Made by a program: the position numbers and the translations under genes
In this document: piece by piece, positions 10,282 to 24,789 of the stretch
Layout of the letters: each line of letters begins with the position of its first letter
Position numbering within the stretch: the first letter of the stretch is position 1
Assembly: GCF_001194135.2 (NCBI RefSeq)
Contig: NC_068994.1
Coordinates: 47,723,897 to 47,787,872 of the forward strand
Length of the DNA stretch: 63,976 nucleotides
Source of the DNA: Octopus bimaculoides
Taxonomy: Eukaryota
Direction of reading: 5' to 3'
The notes under the pieces: model-generated
What the model was told of the DNA's origin: nothing
Seen by the model: only the letters and a program-made list of their open reading frames with translations
Database searches by the model: none

Positions 10282-10708
10282 NNNNNNNNNNNNNNNNNNN
10301 NNNNNNNNNNNNNNNNNNNNNNNNNNNNNNNNNNNNNNNNNNNNNNNNNNNNNNNNNNNNNNNNNNNNNNNNNNNNNNNNNNNNNNNNNNNNNNNNNNNN
10401 NNNNNNNNNNNNNNNNNNNNNNNNNNNNNNNNNNNNNNNNNNNNNNNNNNNNNNNNNNNNNNNNNNNNNNNNNNNNNNNNNNNNNNNNNNNNNNNNNNNN
10501 NNNNNNNNNNNNNNNNNNNNNNNNNNNNNNNNNNNNNNNNNNNNNNNNNNNNNNNNNNNNNNNNNNNNNNNNNNNNNNNNNNNNNNNNNNNNNNNNNNNN
10601 NNNNNNNNNNNNNNNNNNNNNNNNNNNNNNNNNNNNNNNNNNNNNNNNNNNNNNNNNNNNNNNNNNNNNNNNNNNNNNNNNNNNNNNNNNNNNNNNNNNN
10701 NNNNNNNN
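10282..10708. other. Assembly gap (other N gaps: 15984-16727, 18161-18838, 20095-20118, 24634-24643, 62341-62700)
   Basis: Runs of N, mostly flanked by (TA)n/(CA)n microsatellites. Confidence 1.
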
Positions 10709-11451
10709 ATACACAAGTAACTATACATACATACACAACCATAAATCTAGCGTTGGTTTCATACATAACTTTGAGAAGTCCTAATTCTTCCTTTTTCATG
10801 CTATTAATAATGGAAACATCCTGCAATAGGGTGGGAGGGGAGGGGGAGATGAATAGGTTCTAAAAATGTAGCGCGCCGGACTAAATGACCTGCAGTATTT
10901 AGTTTCCATCTTCAATGCACTGGGTTCGAATCCTGCCATAATTTGACTTTTTTTTCTTCTTGCATTTCTCAAAATGTGGAAGAGCACAAAGTCATTTTAT
11001 TAATTATACCAGTTATATACCAAGAGGTTTAATTCAATAAACTATACTTCCTGCCTATTCAAGGTAGAAATTAATCTTGTGCAAAGTACTACTACTGTTA
11101 CTACTACTACTACTACTACTAATTTTACTTTCAATAATAATAATAGTTTTGTTTAGAGTACATATAAGTAGTCTAATAATGATAATTGACAATATAAATA
11201 TTGTAATTTAATAATAATGTTGTTACTAGTTGAATATAGGTTATATATAATTTGACGATAACCCTTTTTCTTTAAGCTCTTTATTTGCATTTTTGGAAGA
11301 ATTGGGGTAAATTTCTATTTTTTATTTTCTTTCTTTGGTTCATTATGGGTGTGGTGTTTTTATTTAGTAGTTATTTATTATTATAAAATTGATCAGAAAA
11401 AAAAATATGGAGAAAAAAATTAAATGAAAAAAAAGCAAGTCACGTTTTGAT

Positions 11452-11650
11452 ATAATACCAGTCATATTTTGTAGTGTGACATGGCAAATGGTCATATGTC
11501 CTTATGACATGTACCTGGTCATATCTCGGTGTGACACATGACTGGTCATATCTCATTGTGATGCGTAACTGGTGATATCTAGTTATGACATGTGCCTGAT
11601 CATATTCCATTGTGACATATACCTGGTCATATCTTGTTGTGACATGCCCC
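11452..11650. repeat. 27-bp minisatellite, about 7 degenerate copies (consensus close to TGTGACATGTACCTGGTCATATCTCAT)
   Basis: Units start at 11475, 11503, 11530, 11557, 11584, 11611 and 11638. Confidence 0.9.
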
Positions 11651-12066
11651 TACTACTACTACTACTGTTACTATAACTACTACCACTACTACTACTACTT
11701 CAATACAATAGGTGTAAAGCTACTAATAATAAACAATAAAAGTGCACAGAAGTATGACTTGAAGAACACCTATTCCTCCCACAGCTCCTCAGTAGCTATA
11801 AGGATATTTACCACAAAAATCACCACACACACACACACCTATTTCTAATAAGGAAATTATTGTCATTATTATTTTTATAATTGTTTATTGTTGTTGTACT
11901 GATAATGTGCAAGAGCTAAGTGGTTCAAAAACTGATGTTTACAACTTAGGCATCACTACAATCAAATAATTCTATACCTTGCCCTTCAACAAGGCCCTGA
12001 CCCTTACTTATCTTCTTGCAAGCTTCCTGCAAAAAAGACAAAGGATTCTTGCACCTAATTAAGAAA

Positions 12067-12945
<879 letters not shown>

Positions 12946-13396
12946 TTATATACACATAGTAGAAAGGATTATTTATATGTATATATATATGTTTTCAAAC
13001 CATATTTTTTTCATTGCACAGTTATTGATTTCAATTGTCATGTAATATATTGCCTTGCCTATTTTTATTGCTCTTGTGGTAAATAAAGAAGCCATCAGCA
13101 TCATTATCATTATTATTATTATTACTATTAGTAAATATCCTGCCATGGATGATTAAATATATACCAGTCATATACTGGTGTTAAATATACCCGCCGACCA
13201 AAATCTATTATTATTGTTACAAAAAATTTTTCCTTCATTTGCCTTTTATACATCCATGTTTGTGTGCATGAATGCGTGTATGTGTCTGTATCTGTACGGA
13301 AGGATATTCTTTGGTTAGCAACTTAATATTAAAAACAAGAGTGCATACAAGAATGTTAATTAAATTTGCTTATGTCTTTCAAATCTCTCTCTCTCC

Positions 13397-13397
<1 letters not shown>

Positions 13398-13442
<45 letters not shown>

Positions 13443-13459
13443 GTCTATCTATCTATCTG

Positions 13460-13490
<31 letters not shown>

Positions 13491-13495
13491 GTCTG

Positions 13496-13536
<41 letters not shown>

Positions 13537-13555
13537 TCATCTATCTATCTATCTT
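13398..13555. repeat. (ATCT)n microsatellite
   Basis: Seen directly. Confidence 0.97.
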
Positions 13556-14247
13556 TTGTCATCGATAACTTAACTAGCTGGGGTAAAAAAGAACAGGTTT
13601 TCAGACAACTAAACTGTATTGAAAGATAAACAGACAGGTACAATCATAGATCACTTAAGATAAAACAAAAATAATTCTTTATAAACATATATGTATGTAT
13701 GTATATACATACACATAGATGTGTATATATATGTGTGTGTGTGTTTGGTGATACAAATAGTAACATAGAACTCAAAACATGAGTATGTACACATTATATA
13801 TTACATATTACTTGGAACTAAAATAAATAAAATTGTAAACCTACATTTGATAATTTTTAAATTAGATAAAAAATATTTAAAAATTCTAAATATAAAAAAT
13901 CGCAAAATTTAAAAAATGAAATAAAAAAACAGAAAAATTTTCTTAGAAAAATTAACAAAAAAAAAACCAAACTTAAAATATTTTTCCAGTTGTCAACTGT
14001 AGGTTTCTAATTAACGTTTGCTTCTGGTTCATATTGGTTTACTTTTTGTATAAAGTATGTTGTTAATTATCTTGTTTGGAGGTGGTGGTGGTGGTGGTGG
14101 TCAGAAATGTACTCATCTACTCATGCATTTATCTATCTGCCTGTTAATCCATCTATTTATCTATCATATATTTATTTGTCTGTTTATCTAATTATATAGC
14201 TATCAAGTTACTTAACTCTTTCTCACCTGTCTGTCTGTATGTGTGTG

Positions 14248-14281
<34 letters not shown>

Positions 14282-17200
14282 AACACACACACACACACTT
14301 AGATGCATATACATATATATTATGTGGTCCGCTTATTTGAAAAGCCCTTGTCTAAAAGCTATACGAAAAAAAAAATTTTTCTTTCAAATAAAAAAGTCTG
14401 TCCTATAAGAAATCAATGAAAAATATAGATACAAACATAGACTTATATATACATTTAAAAATAAATTGATTATGTTTTTCTTTAATATATTTTTCCCCGC
14501 TTTAAATATTTGTGTATGTTTTTTTTTTTATCACTTTATTTTATTCACTTTCTTTTTTTTTTATTCGCTCCCTTTGCCCTCCAGGTAAGACTACATCAAA
14601 TGCAATCATTTTCTCACTGGTAGATGTATATATATACATGCATATATTTACATACATACATACATGCTTACATGCATATATACTTATATATATATATAAT
14701 ATATATATATATAGATAGATATATATGTATATATATAAGTATGTGTAAATATACATATATTTTATTTCCTTTTTTTCTTTTCTCATTTTTGTCATTTTTC
14801 TGTCCTCATTTTTCTATCTTTGGTATTAATGGCTATCAACTGTTTAAAAAAAAAGAAAGAAATACATACAGTTTGTAAGAATACAAATTATTTAACATTT
14901 AAACTATTGGCCACTGTTTTAAAGTAAGTATATGGTCTTGAGTTTAGACTGTTACAATTATCTACACGGTTATACTGTATTCTTTGCTACTTGGGCTAAA
15001 AGCATATTGCTTCAGTCTAGAAGTCACATAGACAAAAATAGATTTTCAGTGCTACTTCACAGTTGCTTGGTTAGCTGGAAGGAAAAGCAAAGATAAAAAA
15101 CTGTGAAAAATATATTGGCTCAATCAAAAATACCTTAGGGCATTGGTACCCGTCATGTGACAGGAAAATTTAACAGAACAGGGGGAGGTGATTTTAGCTA
15201 GGAGGTGATATGGGTAAATAAAGAAAATAGTATGACCCCTGTATTAGATTACTCCATAATAATAATAATAATATTAAAAATAATAATAATGATAATAATA
15301 ATAATAAGCATTACAAAATATTGCATGGATACAATGTGCACAGTTGTGATTAGTTATGCAGGAAAAGCTCAGAATAAGCTCTGAGGTTGATTTAATCAAT
15401 AGCAAACTTTATGGGATTTGTACCTATGTTAGAAATAATTATGCACTGAGTTCAAAACTCATGAAGATCAACTTTACTTTTCAGACCTAACAAAGTTGAT
15501 ATAATAGAGTACCTACACTGTAATCGAGGTCAATTCAGTCAACTGTATGTTCCCCCACCAAACTTGTCGCCATGCACCAATGTTGGAAACCATTATTAAT
15601 ACAATATCGTTAGGCTCAGAGTTGAAATCAGGCCAAGCTCAAATTTGCTTTACATCCTTGTGGTTAAAAAAAAAAACATTGATAAAATATACCTTGGTCA
15701 AATACTGAGTTTTAATTAACTGACTTCACATCTCATCTATAATTTGAGATCATGTGCCTATTTTAGAAATCATTATTATTATTATCATTATTATTATTAT
15801 TATTATTATTAAAATTGGATATCTACTATGCATTTTCTAGATAAAATGTTGTTTTTTTCTCTTACATCATCTCCTAGATTTAGTTTCTGTGTTTTAATCA
15901 TGGTCATTTCTTTTAACTTTATTTGTTATTTGTTGTTATGTGCCATCCTCAAAAGACATGTGTATGTATATATATATATATATNNNNNNNNNNNNNNNNN
16001 NNNNNNNNNNNNNNNNNNNNNNNNNNNNNNNNNNNNNNNNNNNNNNNNNNNNNNNNNNNNNNNNNNNNNNNNNNNNNNNNNNNNNNNNNNNNNNNNNNNN
16101 NNNNNNNNNNNNNNNNNNNNNNNNNNNNNNNNNNNNNNNNNNNNNNNNNNNNNNNNNNNNNNNNNNNNNNNNNNNNNNNNNNNNNNNNNNNNNNNNNNNN
16201 NNNNNNNNNNNNNNNNNNNNNNNNNNNNNNNNNNNNNNNNNNNNNNNNNNNNNNNNNNNNNNNNNNNNNNNNNNNNNNNNNNNNNNNNNNNNNNNNNNNN
16301 NNNNNNNNNNNNNNNNNNNNNNNNNNNNNNNNNNNNNNNNNNNNNNNNNNNNNNNNNNNNNNNNNNNNNNNNNNNNNNNNNNNNNNNNNNNNNNNNNNNN
16401 NNNNNNNNNNNNNNNNNNNNNNNNNNNNNNNNNNNNNNNNNNNNNNNNNNNNNNNNNNNNNNNNNNNNNNNNNNNNNNNNNNNNNNNNNNNNNNNNNNNN
16501 NNNNNNNNNNNNNNNNNNNNNNNNNNNNNNNNNNNNNNNNNNNNNNNNNNNNNNNNNNNNNNNNNNNNNNNNNNNNNNNNNNNNNNNNNNNNNNNNNNNN
16601 NNNNNNNNNNNNNNNNNNNNNNNNNNNNNNNNNNNNNNNNNNNNNNNNNNNNNNNNNNNNNNNNNNNNNNNNNNNNNNNNNNNNNNNNNNNNNNNNNNNN
16701 NNNNNNNNNNNNNNNNNNNNNNNNNNNNTTTTTTTTTTTTTTTTTATATATATTTATTTTTTCTAACTGGATTTCATTGGATTTCAAAAGCTTGCTGCCA
16801 TGCTTGAAAAAAAAATTTTTGCTGTTGTTTTTTAACCATTTATGTCCATATGGGAATATTCATGCATTGTGTCATTTCCATGCATATCACCAGGTTAAAA
16901 ACAAGGATTATCTAAAATTTCAATATAAAATATGTTAACAATTAGGTTCTTTCTTTTTTCAAATCGAGTATATATATATATTTACCTATTTAATTCTATT
17001 TTTAAAAGATTTTGTTAATTTTCTTTAAATAGAAAAATATCTCTTTGTTCTTTTTTTTACAATGTAAATCAATATCTCCATCAATCAACCAAACCACTTA
17101 ATTAACTAATAAAAAGTTGTTAATCTAGTTTGAATTTTGCTAAAACACCATCTCTCTCATTCTATTATAATTACATTGTCTGGTTAGTGGGGGGAAACCA

Positions 17201-17877
17201 TGGGAGGGCTCAGCTGTCACAAGACCTTACTCATGGAACAAATTGATCTCAGCAGTTAACTAATTCCTTGTAATTTGTACAGTACAGCATTTGTCCTTTG
17301 TGGTACCTGTTTACTGCTAGATAGACCAATTACAGTTATAAGCCACACTACATCTTGTTAACTATTTACAACCAGGTGGACTAGGTATAGCCATACTACT
17401 GTTTATTTTACCTATTTATTGCAATCAGTTGCATCATAAATGGTACATCTAATTACTATTTATGGGTAGATAGATTGTTATCTATTAATAAGCCAGGTAA
17501 ACTGAATCAATACCAGTTAAGTGATTTGACCATGAGCACTGTATAGTGTCCATGAAAGTATTTGAACTACTGGCTTTTTGGTCAGTGGTGGAACAATAGC
17601 CTATCTCTTCAGCTAGATTCAACCTTCAATTGAAATAGACATAGTAACAAATAATTAATTAGGCCCTGTTAATACTATATTGATGAGAAATTTTTCTGCA
17701 ATTCTTCTATATTTCAGGATAATGTATATATTTATATGTGTATGTGTGAGTAAGCATGTGGTTATGTGTCTGTGTATCTATGTATATTTATCAACATTTA
17801 TGCATTAGTGTGTTTGTGCGTATGCGTGTACACAATGTAAGCTAATTTTTATAACTGCTGTGATAAATCTATGCTTC

Positions 17878-17936
<59 letters not shown>

Positions 17937-17948
17937 ACATAAATTATA

Positions 17949-18000
<52 letters not shown>

Positions 18001-18010
18001 CGATGATGAC
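17878..18010. repeat. Compound (AAT)n then (GAT)n microsatellite
   Basis: Seen directly. Confidence 0.95.
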
Positions 18011-18838
18011 AAACTTGGTTTTGGGATGGATACATTTTTTTTAATATTTCTGAAAAAGAAAATAAAACTAAAAGAAAAATTTGTAAAATATTTTTTTTTT
18101 GTTATAACTGATTTATACTTAATTTTTCAAATGCAAAATTTGTTAATACTGCTGTTGTTANNNNNNNNNNNNNNNNNNNNNNNNNNNNNNNNNNNNNNNN
18201 NNNNNNNNNNNNNNNNNNNNNNNNNNNNNNNNNNNNNNNNNNNNNNNNNNNNNNNNNNNNNNNNNNNNNNNNNNNNNNNNNNNNNNNNNNNNNNNNNNNN
18301 NNNNNNNNNNNNNNNNNNNNNNNNNNNNNNNNNNNNNNNNNNNNNNNNNNNNNNNNNNNNNNNNNNNNNNNNNNNNNNNNNNNNNNNNNNNNNNNNNNNN
18401 NNNNNNNNNNNNNNNNNNNNNNNNNNNNNNNNNNNNNNNNNNNNNNNNNNNNNNNNNNNNNNNNNNNNNNNNNNNNNNNNNNNNNNNNNNNNNNNNNNNN
18501 NNNNNNNNNNNNNNNNNNNNNNNNNNNNNNNNNNNNNNNNNNNNNNNNNNNNNNNNNNNNNNNNNNNNNNNNNNNNNNNNNNNNNNNNNNNNNNNNNNNN
18601 NNNNNNNNNNNNNNNNNNNNNNNNNNNNNNNNNNNNNNNNNNNNNNNNNNNNNNNNNNNNNNNNNNNNNNNNNNNNNNNNNNNNNNNNNNNNNNNNNNNN
18701 NNNNNNNNNNNNNNNNNNNNNNNNNNNNNNNNNNNNNNNNNNNNNNNNNNNNNNNNNNNNNNNNNNNNNNNNNNNNNNNNNNNNNNNNNNNNNNNNNNNN
18801 NNNNNNNNNNNNNNNNNNNNNNNNNNNNNNNNNNNNNN

Positions 18839-18903
<65 letters not shown>

Positions 18904-19183
18904 TATATGGAATATAGTTATAATAATAATCATAATAATAATTTTAATAATATAATTAGTTTTTCAACTTGGTGCTTTATATCAACATATATACGTGATT
19001 ATACACACACACACATACACATACACACATATCCTAGCAAACAAATTCTCATGGAACTTTTTTTAAATTCTTGTTGACGATTCTTTCTGTGATATAACTA
19101 CCTATTTATCAAAAAGTCAAAAATTATGCTCCAACTATTTGGCACTGCTGTTCCATTTGAGCCTTGAAAAAAATACATCAATG

Positions 19184-19221
<38 letters not shown>

Positions 19222-20016
19222 CATCTTTTCTTTATTTTTAATAATAAATTTTGATTTCTTTATTGAAAAGTAATATTCATAATATTAGTAACAAACAAAT
19301 CCCAAAACGTCCTACTGCAGACTCTTAATCTGCAAGTTAGTGTTAATATGTATTATATTTGTTTGTTTAATGCTAAACATTAGAGTATTTGATTTAATTT
19401 AAACTATTTTCTGCAGGCATCTGGCGATGACAAATGTCAAAGCTGTGCAATTAAGTTAGGTGATATGTGAACAGCTACAAAAATTATGTTATATATATTC
19501 CCCACTTAATTTCCAATTAGCTGTAGAGCTCTTTCAGTGATTAAATACTTATATTGGACAACTTAAGATGTACTCTGTAAGGCTCATGTGTCTAGTCACT
19601 ATATATATATGTGTGTGTGTGCATATGTATTCACCACACATATATACATATACACACAAGTCACAAGAACACAACACATGGCTCCCACTAGTCCAACATC
19701 ATGATCCATATACTGTTTCTTAGTGAAAGCCCATCTGTTTCCCTAATGTCAATAATGTCTTTGAAAAAGGAATGACCTACACAACTTCTCATATTAATTC
19801 TCTCCTAAATATATAGGATCTATCTTTCAACACATACATATATACACATACACATGCATGCACACATACACATACATAAGTTCACAGACATGCACATACT
19901 ATTAGGTTTTTGAACATTTTTTTCTTAATTAAGAATAATTAAGTTTTCCCCTAACAACTTAGAAGTAAAAAGGTAAACTTATAAAAAAAAGTATATATAC
20001 ACTATATATATTATGC

Positions 20017-20080
<64 letters not shown>

Positions 20081-20118
20081 TATATATATAATATNNNNNN
20101 NNNNNNNNNNNNNNNNNN

Positions 20119-20177
<59 letters not shown>

Positions 20178-20604
20178 GCGTTATATATGTGTGTGTGCGT
20201 GTTATGTAGAATTGTTTTTATGTATATTGACTGACATGAAAACGAAAAACAAAATAAAATAAACTAAATAAATAAAACAACTATATCAATACTTGTTGGG
20301 CTTTTGTTTCAATTTTCTGATTACAAGCTACAATTTTTACTGCTAAAAATGACCAATTTTTGCTGAATATTTGCCATGTCACACTCCTTTTCCATCAAGG
20401 ATTATGCTTAGCACATGTCAACAATTGCTACAGTAATAAATATTTTTGCAGTGTACTTATAAGATTTCTGTTGTATTTTTTGTGTTTTTGTTTTTTCTTG
20501 ATTATTTTAGTTATTCCTTGCACTCATTATGTCCTTATATTTCACAGTTATTCCTTTTTTTTTTTCTTGGCCAATTAGATTTTCTCTGAAAATCTGCACT
20601 CTAA

Positions 20605-20940
20605 GTGCATGTATGGCTGTGTGGCAAGAAGTTTGCTTCTCAACCACATGGTTCCAGGTTCAGTCCCAGTTCAGTTCACTTTGGGCAAGTGTTTTCTACT
20701 ATAGCCCTAAGCTAACCAAAGCCTTGTGAGTGGATTTGGTAGACTGAAAAGAAGCCTGCCATATATGTGTGCACACGTGCGTGTGTGTGACTGCTTACTG
20801 AGCAGTGTTGGTCTGTTTAGTGATACAATAAGTACCAGGCTTTAAAAAACATAAGTCCTGGGGTCAATTTGTTCAGCTAAACCCTTCAAGGTGATGCTCC
20901 TGTATGGTCACAGACTAATAACTGGAATAAGTAAAAGATA
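20605..20940 (+). mobile_element. SINE family A copy (tRNA-like head, internal (TG)n, approx. 350-450 bp)
   Basis: Matches the cleaner copy at 24311-24750 (GGCTGTGTGG...GGTTCAGTCCC...GTGAGTGGATTTGGTAGAC...AAGTAAAAGA). Confidence 0.8.
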
Positions 20941-21369
20941 CAGAAATCCTCACCATTTCTCAAAGGTCTATTAGTATTCAAAGCTATATAAATATGAAAG
21001 ACTAATCAAGTATTTTGAATATTGTATTGAACCTTTTGGAAAAGTTATTAACTTTAGCTTTTTTGATAATTTCTCTTTCATTATGAGTTTCTGTTATGGT
21101 GTATTTGATAATACCCTAAAGATAGTCTTTTATGCAGAATGATGGTTGTGAGACTCAATGATCCTGAAAACTATGCCAGCAGAATGCAAGGTCCTAGTAG
21201 GACCTCCCATGCTTGAAAGAACAAAAGATAGAAGCCAGACTAATATGGCCCACTTCTTCCCAGAGGTAAAAATGGGTTTGTGTACGGCCAACACGCTTAC
21301 CTTGAAAAAAGCAGAGACTGAGAAGGCACCTGGCTGGACAATATCAAAGAATGTACCATAAGACCTCTG

Positions 21370-22050
21370 GCTGAATGCACAACCATGGCTAGAGCCAAAA
21401 ACCAGTGGAGTGATATGATCTGAAGAAGGCCAACCATATTAACTTTACAATACTTGATTGCTGATTGCCAGATATTTTGAAGCTTGTTATAGACACTCCA
21501 GGTTTGTTTCTTGTGTGCCAGAAAGTTGTTCTTACCATCAGCAACATAGGACCCAAAGTACTTGAGTTGTATGCCATCAATGGAACAAATTGTCAAGTAG
21601 CTTTTATCCTCATTTGTTGTCATGTGGCTGCAGCAATCTCAAAGGATGTTAATAAGTTTTTCAGTTGACTAACTGTGAGGACATGGTCATCAAGGCAGTC
21701 AAGCTGAGAGATACTCTGCTTACATCTTGATCACTTCCACTACAATCAGAGAAAGGAGCCAGGATGTCTCCCTAAAGTATCCATAATGTTGGAAACTCGT
21801 TTGTTAGACCATCAGTACTTTGCATGAAGCTTGGCAGATCTTCATACATGGTGGTAAGGGCTTCAAGTATCATCTGGGATACCGCAGTTCAATAGCATGG
21901 CCTTCTATTGACATTAAAAACCTTGGGAAAATTCCACAAATACAACTAATGCTTGGCAATTTTGGGCTCTTTTATGAGTTACTCAGCACCAGTTAGTAAT
22001 TAAGAGTCATGAGAAAAAAAAATGGCTTGCATATTGGAGTTCAGCAATAT
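21370..22050 (-). mobile_element. Decayed RTE-clade LINE reverse transcriptase fragment
   Basis: Minus-strand frames give LVVFVEFS, CGIP, MYEDL, L*GDILAPF and KYFGSYVAD...KKQTWSVYNKLQNIWQS. These follow the RT motif order of RTE/RTE-X elements, with stops and frameshifts. Confidence 0.7.
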
Positions 22051-24310
22051 GTGAAACACTGCCACTAATTACCAGCAAATTCCTAGCTATTTTGGCTGGG
22101 AATATCATTTTCTAAATCTGAAGAGGAGTACTTTTAGCATCAGATGTAAGGAATAGTATTTTAGAAATGTAACTTCACATAAGGATAAAAATCATATTCT
22201 CTTCAATTGGAATAGAATCCAATGGAATAGTAGAATCCAGTAGAATAGTATGATTTTTTTTAATATTTAAATCAAATAATGAAAATGATTATGACAAAAT
22301 TTTAAATGCTTCACAAACTTAAATTTAGTATAATATTTCATTATTTTCTTGTCTCTTTGTATAAATTGACAGATCATGAATCAGAAATAGAAGTCAAATC
22401 TCACTCAAATTACACTATAATTTTAAAAAGAAATAAATTGGATAATGTAGTCATAGATACATTATATCTCAAAATAATACAAGGTGGCCTTTTATCAAAA
22501 GACCATTCAGGTAGTGTTGACCAGGCGCTAAACAAAAATAACGACTACAATAGACAGACCTAGAAAAGAAATATTAAAGAGTATCAAGAAAAAATTATGA
22601 AAGTCAATAAAATATATTGTACTGTGGTATGCTTTCAACTATAAACATAGTCCCAAGAATATCTCAAAAAGAAAAGGAAAATTGGTAAACATTATCTGCA
22701 AGTAAGAGAACAATTGAAGGCTGAATTGACAAGATGTGCTGGCAGCAAATGGATTCCTAGTTAAGATTTCAACAGTTCATAGTCTGCAAATGCATTGTGT
22801 GCTCAGATAAGACACAACTTCCATAGACTCAGTTCACCTAGCTTGTAATTAACTTATTGTTGTTGTTTAAGCTCCAGTTCAGCTCTCAGTGAATAAAGCA
22901 CTGATCAAAGACATTCCAAACATAACCATCCTGTCATTTTTCAGACTTTATTTATCTAGGACTACTTACCTGTACTATAACTTATAGTTATTTTGTTAGC
23001 TTGTAATGCTGAAATAAAGTCTCTTTCTTGGCTTGAAGTATGTAACAAGAAGCCAATACAATGAATTATTTCTTGAAAATGCTGTACAGATACCAGTAGT
23101 CAATTACAAATAAACTGAAGGTTTATGTTGAGTTTATGTCCAGTAGGTTGTTGGCTCATCTCTGAAACTTGGTGGTATAGCATGGGTTACCAGCACTTGG
23201 GGTATGGCAACTATTGACCCCTGATCCATGAAACATTAGCACTCCCTGAGCCCAGCAATCCAGTATTAAACCACTTACTCCTTTTGAAATTTTGTGCCCT
23301 CAGCAATGACACCTGTCACTTTACCCATGCTGCACTTCTGCTGAAGACTCCCACCTTTATATATTCCACTGGTAAGATTTAAATTCAGCCTTATAAGCTA
23401 ACAAAACACCCAATAACATTATAAAGCTATTTAAAACAAACTCAAGGTGCAATGACAGCCACATTGCTTTGTCCTTTTCATAGTACCTGTCATAAGTTCA
23501 GGAAACTTCAATGAATTATGAAATGTAACAACAAACCTATGATTCTGTAGCAATCCACATCCAAATAAATGTTGTAACCTCTACTAAGGCATTTCTCCAG
23601 TGAAATTGTTAATTGTTTTAGTTTATAATTATGTTTTCATCATAAAATGGTTATTGACAGTAAAGATTCAAGGAGTATTACTTAGTTTTCGTTTTCTTTT
23701 ATACATATGCATTTTGTGAATGATCATTACCAGTGTCACCTTCCCGGCACTTGTGCCGGTGGCACGTGAAAAGACATTCAAGTGAGGTCATTGCCAGTGA
23801 CACTGGACTGGCTCCTGTGCAGGTGACACATAAAATTTCCAGATATTTGTACAATTTTAAAAATTATTCCTAGACGCAAATCTTGACACCTGAATCTATG
23901 ACATGTCCTAGGAAATATGGACGTATGGCAACCCTATAATGAAGTAAACCAACGGCCTTTATGATCACCAAAAGCTTTTTATATCATTTGTGCCTGGCAG
24001 CCGAAGCAGAAAACATAATTTTGGACAACAGAAAAACTTCAGTCTGCTGCAACATGACTGCACAATAACCAGTAAGCAACACGTAAAAACGACGAGTGAA
24101 ATTGCAGTAGTAAATAAATAGTTTAGCTTACCTTAATAAACACCAATGCACGTACACACACAGCTATTAATAAATTTAGGGCTTTGTGTTTACATTAGAA
24201 TTCAATAACCTTAAAATTACACATACATTTCGCCCAATGAGTTTCAAAACTTTTTAGTTTTTGGGGGAAGGGGAGTATCACTTGATGGATATAAACTATG
24301 TATTCAGATC

Positions 24311-24750
24311 GTAGGCGTAGGAGTGGCTGTGTGGTAAGTAGCTTGCTAACCAACCACATGGTTCTGGGTTCAGTCCCACTGCGTGGCACCTTGGGCAAGT
24401 GTCTCCTACTATAGCCTCGGGCCGACCAAAGCTTTGTGAGTGGATTTGGTAGACGAAAACTGAAAGAAACCCGTCGTATATATATGTATGTGTGTGTATG
24501 TTTGTGTGCCTGTCCACCCCAACATTGCTTGACAACCGATGCTGGTGTATTTTCGTCCCCGTAACTTAGCGGTTCGGCAAAAGGAACCAATAGAATAAGT
24601 ACTAGGCTTACAAAGAATAAGGTCTGGGGTCGGNNNNNNNNNNAAGTACTAGGCTTACAAAGAATAAGGTCTGGGGTCGGTTTGCTCGACTAAAGGCGGT
24701 GCTCCAGCATGGCCACAGTCAAATGACTGAAATAAGTAAAAGAGAAAAGA
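24311..24750 (+). mobile_element. SINE family A, near full-length young copy
   Basis: A-box-like TGGCTGTGTGG and B-box-like GGTTCAGTCC, CpGs retained. Homologous copies lie at about 20605 (+), 25733 (-), 29410 (-), 31745 (-), 46549 (-), 51890 (-), 52435 (+) and 58140 (-). Confidence 0.85.
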
Positions 24751-24789
24751 GATCACTCAGACAGAATTATCTCCCATAGCATTTTACTA

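Noticed and set aside
11452-11650. CRISPR-like appearance of the 27-bp repeats
   Set aside because: The units are contiguous without unique spacers, the context is eukaryotic, and there are no cas genes.
24597-24680. Exact 37-bp direct repeat flanking a 10-N gap
   Set aside because: Typical unmerged contig overlap inside a SINE; an assembly artefact rather than a TSD.
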